Assembly (NCBI GenBank): GCA_963842945.1
Contig: CAWJIM010000019.1
Location: 288,001-352,000 of the forward strand
Reading direction: 5' to 3'
DNA from: an uncultured Gemmatimonadales bacterium
GTDB taxonomy: Bacteria > Gemmatimonadota > Gemmatimonadetes > Gemmatimonadales > GWC2-71-9
DNA length: 64,000 nt
A program made the position numbers and the translations under genes. Position 1 is the first letter of the stretch; each line of letters opens with the position of its first letter. The notes under the pieces are model-generated. The model made no database searches. It saw only the letters and a program-made list of their open reading frames with translations, and was not told where the DNA came from. Positions 9,904-20,104 of this stretch are shown here, in pieces.

Positions 9904-10746
9904 ATGTCCAAAACGATCCACGTCGCCCACAGCCCGGATTCCGACGACGCGTTCATGTTTTACGCGCTGGCGGAGGGGAAGATCGAGACCGGCGACCTGC
10001 AATACGTGCACGAGCTGGCCGATATCGAGACCTTGAACCAACGCGCCCTCCAGAAGGAGCTGGAAGTCACTGCGGTGTCAATCCACGCCTATGCCTATCT
10101 CTGGCGCGACTACGCCCTGCTGAGCTCGGGATCCTCGATGGGCGATGGGTATGGACCCCGCCTGGTGGCCCGGTCGCCCGCGCCCCGTGACCCCCGCAAC
10201 GCCCTCAACCGGCGGCGGGTGGCCATCCCGGGCAAGCTGACCACGGCTAACTTGGCGCTCCAGCTCTATCAGCGCGGCTGCGTGACCGAGGTGCTTCCCT
10301 TCGACCAGATCGAGGAAGCCGTCGAGCGGGGCGAGGTTGACGTCGGACTCCTGATCCATGAGGGGCAGCTCACCTTCGGAGATAGCGGACTTCATCTCTG
10401 GGCTGATCTGGGCGCCTGGTGGTTGGAGGAGACCGGCCTCCCCCTGCCGCTGGGCGGCAACGCCGTTCGGCGTGACCTCGGCAGCCAGGTAGTTCAGCAG
10501 ATCGCCCGCGATCTGCGGGCGAGCATCGTGTACGGCCTGGAACACCGGGCCCCGGCGCTGGCTCACGCCAAACAGTTCAATCGTGGCATCGGAGACGAGC
10601 GGACCGATACCTTCGTCGGGATGTACGTGAATCAATGGACGGTGGACTACGGACCCCGCGGCCGCGCGGCGGTCCAGCTGCTCCTGGATCGGGCGTTCGA
10701 GAACGACCTGATCCCGGAGCGGGTGCAGGTGGAGTTTGTGGGGTAG
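9904..10746 (+). CDS. mqnD: 1,4-dihydroxy-6-naphthoate synthase (futalosine menaquinone pathway)
   Basis: AHSPDSDDAFMFYAL, DIETLN, LLIHEGQLT, PLPLG and MYVN motifs. Confidence 0.9.
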   Translation: MSKTIHVAHSPDSDDAFMFYALAEGKIETGDLQYVHELADIETLNQRALQKELEVTAVSIHAYAYLWRDYALLSSGSSMGDGYGPRLVARSPAPRDPRNALNRRRVAIPGKLTTANLALQLYQRGCVTEVLPFDQIEEAVERGEVDVGLLIHEGQLTFGDSGLHLWADLGAWWLEETGLPLPLGGNAVRRDLGSQVVQQIARDLRASIVYGLEHRAPALAHAKQFNRGIGDERTDTFVGMYVNQWTVDYGPRGRAAVQLLLDRAFENDLIPERVQVEFVG

Positions 10747-11197
10747 GTCTGGCTGGCGACTGACCAATACCCAACACCGCGCTTTATAGCTAGCTTGTCT
10801 TCACCCTGACTCATTTTTAACTGTCCTCAAACGGCATCAGGTACAGCCTGAGCCCGAGTCTGCGTGCCCCTGAGGCTGAGGTTGAGCAGTGCAGATCTTT
10901 GCACGCAGCGTGGTGCATTCGATTGCCTGATCACGCCGATTGATCGGGGACGTCTCAGCCGGGCCATCCACCTCACACTCCAACGGGCGGCATACCTACC
11001 TGGAAGGCCAGCAGATCAATCAATGGCTCAGGTATGACGTCACAGACCGGGTCGGTCGGGATCTACGATACCATGATCCGGTGGTACACTAGGCACTCGA
11101 GGCTGTCGTGTCTCATCGGCAGGCGCTCGTGTTCCTGGACGACGCCCGCGTCTGATCCCCCCGGTATGCTGCCCCTGCCGCCGATCCAGAGCGGCCA

Positions 11198-14100
11198 TTG
11201 GACTCTCTCATGAGCGGAGTGGACCTGATCCTCCTCGCAGCGGGCGGCATGCTCGCTGTTGTGCTGCTGAGCATTCTGGCCTGGCTGCTGTACACCGCCT
11301 ACCTGAACCGGGTTGAACGCCGGCTCGCCGCTCGCAAGGGACTCTACCGGGAGCTCGTTTCCGAGCTCGCCACCCGGGACCGGGCACTCCTCGGGCCCAC
11401 CATCAATCAGATGAGCACGCTGTACGACCTGGACGCCCTCGAAGCGTTGCTCGAGGAGCAGGCTCGCAGCGCGACCGGCCGGCCGGCGTGGCTGCTCGAG
11501 GTCTACGACCAGCTCGGTCTGGTCGATAAGTACATCGAGAAGCTCCGTACCGCCCGCAAATGGCGGGACCGGGCTTTTTCCGCCGAGCTCTTGGGGCGGG
11601 TCGGCAGCGCCAAGGCGGTCCCCGCCCTGCTGGAGACAGTTCAGGCGACGCAAACTGAAGACGCCGACGTGCGGGAGATCGCGCTGCGGGCGCTGGCCCG
11701 AATAGCTGATCCCCATGCCGTGGAGCCGCTGGTTCTGGCGCTGGCCCAGGCCGAATCATGGCTTGCCCCCCGTATTGCCGACATCCTGGCTCGTCATGGC
11801 GACCTCGTCGTCGACCCTTTGCTTGCCCTGCTCCACGATTCCGATCGCCACACCGCCCGTGCCTGGGCCGCCAATGTGCTGGGTGAAATCGGGGCCCCGG
11901 CCGCTCTTCCCGCCCTGATTCGCAGCCTGGACGATCCGGATGACGAGGTGCGAGCCAAGGCGGCCACGGCTCTGGGCCGCCTGGGAGACCGGCGCGCGCT
12001 CCAGCCGCTGCTGGATCACCTCCTTGTCGACCCCGCCCCCTTCGTTCGGGTGCGCATTGCATCCACCCTGGGGCAGTTCGGCGGTCCCGAAGTGGTGAAC
12101 CGCCTGGTGCGAACCCTTGGCGATCCCGCCTGGTGGGTTCGCTTGCGCGGGGTCGAAGCTCTGGAACAGATCGGTCCCTCGGCCGAGGGTCCGCTCGTCG
12201 TCGCGCTCGGCGATCCCGACCCCGAGATCCGCCAACGGGCGGCCGTGTCACTCGAGCGGCTGGGCGTTTCCACGGCCTTGCTCCGGCGAATCGAGCAAGA
12301 CCAGGGAGCAGAGGAGGCGGCCGACACGCTTGGCCGCTTGGCCTCAGCCGGCACCAGAGAGTTACTGACTGAGCTCCTCCTTCATCCATCCCCGATCGTT
12401 CGGCGCGCGGTGATCAAGGCGGTTCGCGAGTCTCGCCGGGGCGACCTTGGTCCGGAGCTGATCAGAATTGCGGGTGGCGACCCGGAGCCGTCGCTTCGCG
12501 TTATGGCGCTGGAGACGATTCGAACGCTTCGAGCGGGAGGGTCGCTCCCGGTGGCGCTCTCTGGAGCGAGGGATCCAGACCTCGAAGTCCGAATAGCCGC
12601 CATCGGGCTGCTCGGGGAAAGCCGAGGCGGAAACGCGTTGGATGTCCTCCGGCAGCAGACGGCCGATCCCGATCCCGCGATTCGAGCCGCCTCGATTGCC
12701 GCTCTGGCCGCCGCTAGCCGCACCGCGGCGGAGCCCGAGCTCCTGAGGTTGCTGCGAGACTCCGAATCCGCCGTGCGCGCCGCCGCTGCACTCGCGGCGG
12801 GTCAATCTGGAGCCCGGGACCTGGTCCCGGCCCTGGCCGAGCTCCTGAGCGATCCCGAGCGTGAGGTGCGTCTGGCTGCAAGCCACTCGCTCGGGGTCCT
12901 GGGTGACCGCGCGGCGGTTCCGCTCCTGCTGGCGGCGTGGGATCAAGCCAGCTCCGATTTGAGGGACAGCATCACCCGGACGATCAGCCGTCTGGATACT
13001 GCCAGTCTGGGCGACCTCATCGACCGATTGATCCAGCATGACGATCCCCAGAGCCGGCTCGCGCTCGCCCGCAACCTCGGCCGAGTCCGCTGGCATAATG
13101 GAGTCCAGCATCTGATTCGACTGGCTGCGGATGCCGACCCGACAGTTCGGACGGCAGCCCTCCAGGCCCTGGGTCAATGCGACCGGCGAACTTCACCGCC
13201 ACCGGAGCGTCTGACTCAAACGCTGGACACTGCCCTGCGCGACCCGGTGGCACCGGTTCGGGCAGCGGCCATCGACGTCTGCGCCCGGCTGGGTCTGCAA
13301 GACCAGAGTCGCCAGCTCATCGCGCTGCTCCAGAGGGATTCTGCGGCCCTGGTGAAGGAACGAGCGGCGCTTGCCATCGGTCTCCTGAGGAGCCCGGGAG
13401 GTGAGGCAGCGCTCACTGCCGCGTCGCGGCGGAATGAGCCGGCCAGTGTCAGGGCGGCCGCCATTCTCGCAGCCGGCGCATATGACCGGAGCAGCCTGGT
13501 CGGGCTGGCGTTGGAGATGCCCGATCAGGCCTCCGTGCGAGAGCTGCTCCGTGAGCGAATCAGGCACGATCCATGGTACCGGTTGCTCAGCCGAAGGCTG
13601 CCCCGGACCAGTGATGTCGAGCTTCGCGCCCTGGCAGCGGGATCTCCTGCCGAATCACAAGTCTCCCTGGCGGACGGACTCCGTGGCGTGCTCGACCCGG
13701 CTGAGCGGGTCCGGCTGATCGGCGGGCTCCGTACGTTCCAGGGCGAGCACAGCCGAACTGCTCTGCTTCAGCTGGTGCGAGGCGACCCTAGCCCTGAAGT
13801 CCGGACCGCTGCCCTCAGCTCCATCGCTGACCTGCTCGACCCGGACGAGCTGCTCAGCTTTGGGGACCGCGCGTTGGGTGATCCCAGCGCGATGGTGCGT
13901 CAGGCCGCGGTGAGCCTTTTCGCGCGAGCTCCTGCCTCCCGCGCATTTCCTCGCCTGATTCAAGCCCTGAGGCTTGACGACGATGCCGCCGTTCTGGCCG
14001 CGGTGGGCGCATTGGCGGAAGAGCACTTTTCCGATTTCCGCGACATGGCCGTGGGTCCTTTGGAAACCAACCGGTCTATGCTGGTGACTCGGATCGCCCG

Positions 14101-14743
14101 GTATATCCATCACCCCGACGTTCAGACGCTGCTGAGCCCGCTTTCCCGCAGTGCTGATCCGGAGGTACGGGAATCGGTGGCCGAGGCCTGGGGACACCGG
14201 CCGGATGCGTCCGAACCGTTGGCCCTGGAGACACTCTCCGCCGACCCGGTGCTTTCGGTTCGACGCATGGCCGTTGGGGCGGTGGTTGCAGCCGAGCGAT
14301 ACGAGCTGCTGGATCGGATGCGGCAGGACCCGGAGCCTGAGGTGCGCCGCGAGATTGCCTTGAAGCTGGGCTCCGCTGCTCCGGTCGGACCCGAAGGTCT
14401 GTTGGTGTTGGAGCACCTCGAGTCCGACGGCGACATGACGGTCCGGGCTGCGGCGCACATCAGCCGGCTGCTGCAAGGCGTTCCACTCTCGCTGCCCCCC
14501 AATCTCGACACCCGGGTGGCTGCCGATGCGGTGCGCCAGGGAGCCGAGCTCGGTGCATTGCGCCACGTCGCTCGCACGGCGCCATCGGAGGACCGGCGAC
14601 TTTCCGCCGGCCTGGCGCTGGCTCTGATTCACGACGAGGTAGCCCGTGAGGTGGCACGGTCCGATCCGGCACCCACGGTGCGTCATCGGGTGGCCGGCGC
14701 CCTCGAGCTGTCACTGGCCAACCTCGCGGGAGGTGCGCCGTGA
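11198..14743 (+). CDS. Very large membrane-anchored HEAT-repeat protein
   Basis: N-terminal TM helix followed by many L..D....VR..AA..LG repeats. The start may be the ATG at 11210. Confidence 0.85.
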   Translation: MDSLMSGVDLILLAAGGMLAVVLLSILAWLLYTAYLNRVERRLAARKGLYRELVSELATRDRALLGPTINQMSTLYDLDALEALLEEQARSATGRPAWLLEVYDQLGLVDKYIEKLRTARKWRDRAFSAELLGRVGSAKAVPALLETVQATQTEDADVREIALRALARIADPHAVEPLVLALAQAESWLAPRIADILARHGDLVVDPLLALLHDSDRHTARAWAANVLGEIGAPAALPALIRSLDDPDDEVRAKAATALGRLGDRRALQPLLDHLLVDPAPFVRVRIASTLGQFGGPEVVNRLVRTLGDPAWWVRLRGVEALEQIGPSAEGPLVVALGDPDPEIRQRAAVSLERLGVSTALLRRIEQDQGAEEAADTLGRLASAGTRELLTELLLHPSPIVRRAVIKAVRESRRGDLGPELIRIAGGDPEPSLRVMALETIRTLRAGGSLPVALSGARDPDLEVRIAAIGLLGESRGGNALDVLRQQTADPDPAIRAASIAALAAASRTAAEPELLRLLRDSESAVRAAAALAAGQSGARDLVPALAELLSDPEREVRLAASHSLGVLGDRAAVPLLLAAWDQASSDLRDSITRTISRLDTASLGDLIDRLIQHDDPQSRLALARNLGRVRWHNGVQHLIRLAADADPTVRTAALQALGQCDRRTSPPPERLTQTLDTALRDPVAPVRAAAIDVCARLGLQDQSRQLIALLQRDSAALVKERAALAIGLLRSPGGEAALTAASRRNEPASVRAAAILAAGAYDRSSLVGLALEMPDQASVRELLRERIRHDPWYRLLSRRLPRTSDVELRALAAGSPAESQVSLADGLRGVLDPAERVRLIGGLRTFQGEHSRTALLQLVRGDPSPEVRTAALSSIADLLDPDELLSFGDRALGDPSAMVRQAAVSLFARAPASRAFPRLIQALRLDDDAAVLAAVGALAEEHFSDFRDMAVGPLETNRSMLVTRIARYIHHPDVQTLLSPLSRSADPEVRESVAEAWGHRPDASEPLALETLSADPVLSVRRMAVGAVVAAERYELLDRMRQDPEPEVRREIALKLGSAAPVGPEGLLVLEHLESDGDMTVRAAAHISRLLQGVPLSLPPNLDTRVAADAVRQGAELGALRHVARTAPSEDRRLSAGLALALIHDEVAREVARSDPAPTVRHRVAGALELSLANLAGGAP

Positions 14744-16296
14744 TCAGCATAGTGGAGTGGGTGCTGATCGCGCTGGTCCTCTCGATCCAGCCACTATTCC
14801 TGGCATACTTCATTCTCTACAACACCTACACCTTGTGGCTGATTGCGCTCTCCGCCCGGCAGGTCCGCCGGCGGGTGGCCGGACACTTCATCGAAGACCT
14901 CGATCTGATCGATGAGGCAGATCTGACCAAGCCACTCACCATGATCATGCCGGCCTATAACGAGGAAGTGCCGATCGTCGACACGGTCACCGGCCTGATC
15001 AATTGCGACTACCCCCGCTTCGAGATCGTGGTGGTGAATGATGGGTCGTCTGACGCGACCCTGGAGCGGCTCAAGAGCGCCTTCCAGCTCCGCCGGACTG
15101 ACGCACCCTATCGCCCGGCTATCACCACGGCGCCGGTTCGGGCCATGTACCGGGCCACCATTCCCCTCCCGGCTCAGGTGATGCAGCTGATCGTGATCGA
15201 CAAGGAAAACGGGGGGAAAGCAGACGCCATGAACGCCGGCATCAATGCTTCCACCACTCCGTATTTCGTCTCGCTCGATGCCGATTCGATTCTGGACCAG
15301 CACGCGCTGAAGGAACTGATGCGCGTCATTCAGGAAGACCCCAGGGTGGTGGCGGTCGGAGGACAGGTGGCCATCGCCAATGGCTGCACCGTACGCAACA
15401 GCCACGTGGTGAAAGTGGGGCTCCCCGCCCGGTCGCTGCCGCGCTTCCAGATGGTGGAATATCTCCGTTCCTTCACCGCGGCTCGCACCGGTCTCGATCG
15501 GATGCACGCCATCCTCATCCTGAGCGGCGTCTTCGCGGTGTTCGAGAAGGAAACGGTGATCCGGGCCGGGGGATATCTCACCCCATTTCTGCGGAACCGG
15601 CTGGTTGAGGAGTATGTAGGGACCGGCCTCGGCACCGTGTGCGAAGACATGGAGATCATCGTGCGGTTGCACCGGTTCATCCTGGACAAGCTGCACGGCC
15701 GGCGCATTGCCTTTCTTCCCCATCCGGTGGCCTGGACCGAGGTCCCCGAAAGCTTCGAATCGCTTCGCAAACAGCGGGGGCGCTGGTACCGCGGACTCCG
15801 CGAATCCTTGCGCTATCACCGGGCCATGCTCTGGCAGTCTAAGTTTGGCCGGATCGGCTGGTTTGCCCTCCCGGCGTCCTGGCTGTTCGAGTACTACGGT
15901 CCGCTGGTCGAGATCGTGGGCTATGGGTGCATCCTCTTCCTGTTCTTGATGCAGCAGATAACCGGCCTTCAGTTGTTCGGCACCGAGTACCTGCTGGCAT
16001 TTGTGCTCGCATCGCTTGGCTACGGGATACTGGTCAACGTGCTATCCGTTTTGGTGGGCGCCTGGCGATTCCGCTACGGCCTGGCCGACCGGCTCCAGCG
16101 CCATCTCCTGCCCTTCAGCCGCCGCGGTGAGGTCCTGATCCTGCTACTGTATGCCGTCTTGGAGAATCTGGGATACCGCCAGCTCACTCTGTACTGGAGA
16201 CTGCGGGGCCTGTGGGACGCATGGCGAGGCAAGACCGGTTGGGAGAAGTTTGGCCGGGTCGGCTTCCGGCCCGGAGAGGTGACGCCACATGGCTGA
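14740..16296 (+). CDS. Processive GT2 glycosyltransferase (PgaC/IcaA/cellulose-synthase-like)
   Basis: PAYNEE, DGSSD, GGKADA, DADS, CED and QRGRW (QxxRW) motifs with flanking TM helices. Start overlaps the HEAT gene stop. Confidence 0.9.
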   Translation: MISIVEWVLIALVLSIQPLFLAYFILYNTYTLWLIALSARQVRRRVAGHFIEDLDLIDEADLTKPLTMIMPAYNEEVPIVDTVTGLINCDYPRFEIVVVNDGSSDATLERLKSAFQLRRTDAPYRPAITTAPVRAMYRATIPLPAQVMQLIVIDKENGGKADAMNAGINASTTPYFVSLDADSILDQHALKELMRVIQEDPRVVAVGGQVAIANGCTVRNSHVVKVGLPARSLPRFQMVEYLRSFTAARTGLDRMHAILILSGVFAVFEKETVIRAGGYLTPFLRNRLVEEYVGTGLGTVCEDMEIIVRLHRFILDKLHGRRIAFLPHPVAWTEVPESFESLRKQRGRWYRGLRESLRYHRAMLWQSKFGRIGWFALPASWLFEYYGPLVEIVGYGCILFLFLMQQITGLQLFGTEYLLAFVLASLGYGILVNVLSVLVGAWRFRYGLADRLQRHLLPFSRRGEVLILLLYAVLENLGYRQLTLYWRLRGLWDAWRGKTGWEKFGRVGFRPGEVTPHG

Positions 16297-17368
16297 TAGC
16301 GCTCGGCCCCGCATTCTGCTGGTGGACGACGATCCGGACATGGTGCGGCTGGTGCAGCACGTGCTGACGGCGAACAGGTTGGGTCCGGCGGCCGAGGTGA
16401 GAACCGGCCGCGAAGCCCTGCTTACGTTGAAGGACGCGGACATCGTCCTGCTGGATCACCAGCTCCCGGACACCAGTGGTCTGGACCTGCTCGTCGCCAT
16501 TCGCGCCCAACCGTCACCTCCCGCGGTCATTCTGGTTACGGCCCACGGCAACGAGGCTTTGGCCGCCTCCGCCCTCCGTCTCGGCGCAGACGACTATCTG
16601 GCCAAGGACGCCGCCCTGGCTGAGCTGCTGCCCCAGGTCCTGGAGCGGGTCCGGCGCAATCGGGAGCTGAGCAAGGCGCTGGCCGCGGCCGAGCAGGACC
16701 TGGTGCGGGCGGAGCGGCTGGCCGCCATCGGTGAGATGAGCGTCACCCTGCACCACGAGATCAACAACCCGCTGATGGCCGCGTTTGCCGATGTGGATCT
16801 CCTGCTTGCCGACTTGCAGGGAGACGTCGAGGAACGGCGCCAGGGACTGGAGAGCATCCGCCATGCCCTCCGCAGAATCCGGGACATCCTGCAGCGCATC
16901 GGCGACCTGCGGGAAGCCCGGAGCAAAGAGTACTTGTCGGGCGTTCGCATGCTCGATCTATCCCGCTCGGCTGACGCGCCGCGGGAGGCGGATCGCGGTG
17001 AAGCGGTGATCTACCTGGCCGACGAGGATCTCGCCCGGATCACCTCGCTCCTGCTGCGCGATGCCGGGTTTCAGGTACGCCGGGCGAGTTCACTGGCCGA
17101 TCTCGAGAGGGCGGCGGCCCGGCTCGGCGTGGCAGTGGTGGTGGTCGCCGGGAGCGGCAGCACGCCGGGAGCGCATCCGCTGGGCGGATTCGTCGCTACG
17201 CCCGACCGGGAGTATCTGCTGGTGGCATTGGTCAGGGGTGAGGGCACGACAGCGCGGAAGGGCGGGGCCGATCACATCGTGCGGCTCCCCTTCGACCCCC
17301 GAACTTTTACAGCGGAGATCCTGCGCCGGCTCGCTCCACTTTCGCCTGCTGATACGCCATCCCCCTGA
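16289..17368 (+). CDS. Receiver + HisKA (no ATPase domain) + degenerate receiver protein
   Basis: ILLVDDD...LLD...GADDYLAK receiver, then AERLAAIGEMSVTLHHEINNPL H-box. No N/G boxes. C-terminal REC-like segment ends GADHIVRLPF. Confidence 0.8.
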   Translation: MADSARPRILLVDDDPDMVRLVQHVLTANRLGPAAEVRTGREALLTLKDADIVLLDHQLPDTSGLDLLVAIRAQPSPPAVILVTAHGNEALAASALRLGADDYLAKDAALAELLPQVLERVRRNRELSKALAAAEQDLVRAERLAAIGEMSVTLHHEINNPLMAAFADVDLLLADLQGDVEERRQGLESIRHALRRIRDILQRIGDLREARSKEYLSGVRMLDLSRSADAPREADRGEAVIYLADEDLARITSLLLRDAGFQVRRASSLADLERAAARLGVAVVVVAGSGSTPGAHPLGGFVATPDREYLLVALVRGEGTTARKGGADHIVRLPFDPRTFTAEILRRLAPLSPADTPSP

Positions 17369-18344
17369 GGCGAATGACCCGCTGCTGAATGGGCGGGTGC
17401 GAGACCATCACATCGGCCAGCAGTCCCTCCTTCGAGGCGAGGGCGGTCGGGGCAGGATCCACGATACAGAGATGCGCGGCGCCCTGCGTGATTGAGCGGG
17501 TAGGCTCGGCAGCGGACGCGAGCTTCTCCAGGGCCGTAGCCAGTGCCATCGGATTCCGGGTGAACTGGGCCCCACTGGCATCGGCCAGGTACTCTCGCTT
17601 CCGGCTCACCGCCAACGCCAGCACCCGCGATACCACCGGCGCGATCACCAGGGTCAGCATCCACAGGATCAGAATCACCAGGCCCAGGGGGTTCCCACCC
17701 TTACTGCTTCCTCGCCGGCCCGCCGCCCCGCTGCCTCGCACGACCCCCCGCCCAAGCATGCGTCCCATGCCGTCAGACATGAGCGCAATGGCGCCCACCA
17801 TCCCGGCCAGAAGTGTCATCAGCCTGATATCCAGATTGCGGATGTGCGCCATTTCATGGGCCACCACCGCCTGCAGCTCGTCACGGGACAGCAGATTCAG
17901 CAGACCTTCGGTAACCGCCACGCTGGCGGTCGCGGCGTCGTGGCCGGTGGCAAAGGCGTTAGGGTCCGGGTCGGGCACGATCCAGATCTTGGGTCGGGGC
18001 AAACCCGACGCGATCGCCATTTCCTCCACCACGTTCACCAGCTGCTTTTGCTGCGGCGTGGCCGGCTCGATCAGCTCCCAGGCGCCGGTGGACCAGAGCA
18101 CGCGGCCTGGCCCATAGTGCGAGGCGTGCCAGCAGATGCCGGCGGCGGCAAGGGTACTGAAGATGCCGATGAAGGGAACGACGTGGTGGTACTCGGAAGG
18201 ACCGGCGTTACTGGTGAGCAGGTAGAACCCGAGGTCTCCGCCGAAGCCGACCCAGGCGAAGAACAGCACAAACCCGATGATCAGCCAGCGCGAGCGGCGT
18301 CGATTGGCTTCCTGTTGAGCAAAGAGATTGACGTCCTCGCTCAC
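17307..18344 (-). CDS. htpX: M48 zinc metalloprotease HtpX
   Basis: PNAFATG, HEMAH, SRKREYLAD and SHPP motifs. GTG start overlaps the lemA stop. Confidence 0.9.
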   Translation of the reverse strand: MSEDVNLFAQQEANRRRSRWLIIGFVLFFAWVGFGGDLGFYLLTSNAGPSEYHHVVPFIGIFSTLAAAGICWHASHYGPGRVLWSTGAWELIEPATPQQKQLVNVVEEMAIASGLPRPKIWIVPDPDPNAFATGHDAATASVAVTEGLLNLLSRDELQAVVAHEMAHIRNLDIRLMTLLAGMVGAIALMSDGMGRMLGRGVVRGSGAAGRRGSSKGGNPLGLVILILWMLTLVIAPVVSRVLALAVSRKREYLADASGAQFTRNPMALATALEKLASAAEPTRSITQGAAHLCIVDPAPTALASKEGLLADVMVSHPPIQQRVIRLRGMAYQQAKVERAGAGSPL

Positions 18345-18913
18345 GAAGCCGGTTTGTTCAGCGAGAGGTCGACCACGGGGACCGCCCGCTCCCCGGCATC
18401 CTCGATCTCCCACAGCTCGGCGGGAGAAGCCTTGGCCAGACCGGCGATGAGGTTGGTGGGAAATTGCATCTGCTTGGTGTTGTATTGAGTGGCGACGTCG
18501 TTATAAAGCTGGCGAGCAAAACCAATCTTGTTCTCGGTACTGGTCAGCTCTTCCTGAAGCGCAGCCACGTTGCCGGTGGCCTTGAGGTCCGGGTAGGCCT
18601 CGGTCAGCGCGAACAGCCGGCCCAGCGCCTGGGTCAACTCTCCTTCCGCCTGGGCCGTCTGCCGCACCCCGGTGGCGCTCACCGCCCGATTCCTGGCGGA
18701 GATCACCGCATCGAGCGTAGAGCGCTCGAAGTCCATGGCCCCTTTGACCGTGTTCACCAGGTTGGGGATCAGATCGTGGCGACGCTTGAGCTGCACGTCG
18801 ATCTGCTTCCAGGCATTGATCACCTGGTTCTTCAACGAGACCAGGCCGTTATAGGCCCCGATCACCCACAACACCAGCACCGCAAGGACGACCAACAGGA
18901 CGACCGTGCTCAT
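18341..18913 (-). CDS. lemA: LemA family protein
   Basis: AYNGLV, QIDVQLKRRHDLIPNLV, EAYPDLKA and ENKIGFARQLYN motifs. Confidence 0.95.
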   Translation of the reverse strand: MSTVVLLVVLAVLVLWVIGAYNGLVSLKNQVINAWKQIDVQLKRRHDLIPNLVNTVKGAMDFERSTLDAVISARNRAVSATGVRQTAQAEGELTQALGRLFALTEAYPDLKATGNVAALQEELTSTENKIGFARQLYNDVATQYNTKQMQFPTNLIAGLAKASPAELWEIEDAGERAVPVVDLSLNKPAS

Positions 18914-18941
18914 GTCGGATTCCCTTATTGGGTGAGAGTCT

Positions 18942-19694
18942 CTATTCGGACCTTTCGCTGCCCACTGCCGGCTGGTCGAACATTTCCGAATCCGCCAGGG
19001 TCGAGCTCCAGGCCGATGCCGCCATCCGCGACAACTCGGTTGAATTCGGAGCGTTGGCGGCTTCGAGGCCGATCACTGACGCCAGCGCCTGACGAAGGGC
19101 TTCGGCGATGATGGTGGGATCGCGGTTCAACCGGAGAGCGGGATGCTGCTCGTCCATGAGGACCTCGACCCCCGGCGCTACCAGGATCCGGCGGCAGGTA
19201 GACCCGGCCGCGCTCAAACCTTCGACCGGGGCCAGCCAGGCCATGACTGCACGGCCCACCCTTCCCCGCCCGGTGCCGGGAGTCCGGAGCAGAGGGAGCT
19301 GATCGGGCGGCGGCAGGCCGGGCCCCAGCGAGCTGGCGGCACGGCGCTCGATCACGTCGCCGGTCATCCCCGCAAACTCCTTCAACATGGAATCCAGCGT
19401 GGCCCCCTCCATCTGCCGCAGCTTGATCGCGAGGACCTGCAGGAGGTGACGGTAGGAGTAGACCGCTGCGGTGCCCCGTCCATCGGGAGGGCTGACCAGA
19501 CCGCGCGCCACATAAAATCGAATGGTGCGCTCGCTGGGGCGGGCACGGGCGGCCGCGTTGACCGGCACCACTCCCGAGGCGTCGAGAATGCCCCCGGCGA
19601 GGGCTGCCAGATCCCGTAGTCCCCAGGGCGCCAGCGCTCGGTATTCCCGCAGCGTGGTGAGCGGGTCGGGGGGGGCGTGAGTAGCCGTATTCAT
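18942..19694 (-). CDS. MerR-type HTH protein
   Basis: SERTIRFYVARGLVSPP...YSYRHL winged-HTH pattern. Confidence 0.75.
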   Translation of the reverse strand: MNTATHAPPDPLTTLREYRALAPWGLRDLAALAGGILDASGVVPVNAAARARPSERTIRFYVARGLVSPPDGRGTAAVYSYRHLLQVLAIKLRQMEGATLDSMLKEFAGMTGDVIERRAASSLGPGLPPPDQLPLLRTPGTGRGRVGRAVMAWLAPVEGLSAAGSTCRRILVAPGVEVLMDEQHPALRLNRDPTIIAEALRQALASVIGLEAANAPNSTELSRMAASAWSSTLADSEMFDQPAVGSERSE

Positions 19695-20104
19695 GGATTC
19701 CCGTTTCCCTCCCGGATGTCGGAGTCGGGCTCGAGGTCGGCGAGTACCCGGCTGACGATGGTCACCAGGGCGTCCAGGTTGAAGGGTTTATGGAGTACGG
19801 GGCAGCCGGCCAGTTCTATGGGCCAGTCCGGCTGGGGCGGAGGAGGATCTCCACTCATCAGGATCACCCGTCCCAGCAGCCGCGGCCACTGTCGTATGAT
19901 GGCCAGGAAGAAAGCGTCGCCGGAGATCTGCGGGAGTCGGAGATCGAGCAATACCACGTCGAAGCTGGTCTCGCCCAGCATCTGGTAAGCCGAGTCTGGA
20001 TCGGCCACGGATACCACGTCATAGTGATGGCCCCGGAGCGAGCGCTCCAGAATACGGCGCACGCCTGGCTCGTCGTCAACAACCAGGACTCGGTACCGGT
20101 TCAT
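19691..20104 (-). CDS. Single-domain response regulator
   Basis: VLVVDDE, VLLDLRLP, LMSG and KPF motifs. ATGA overlaps at both ends. Confidence 0.9.
   Translation of the reverse strand: MNRYRVLVVDDEPGVRRILERSLRGHHYDVVSVADPDSAYQMLGETSFDVVLLDLRLPQISGDAFFLAIIRQWPRLLGRVILMSGDPPPPQPDWPIELAGCPVLHKPFNLDALVTIVSRVLADLEPDSDIREGNGNP

Noticed and set aside
10747..11197. 450-bp gap after mqnD as an ncRNA or small ORF
   Set aside because: It holds only ~46-50-codon ORFs without an RBS or motifs, and I saw no convincing stems.
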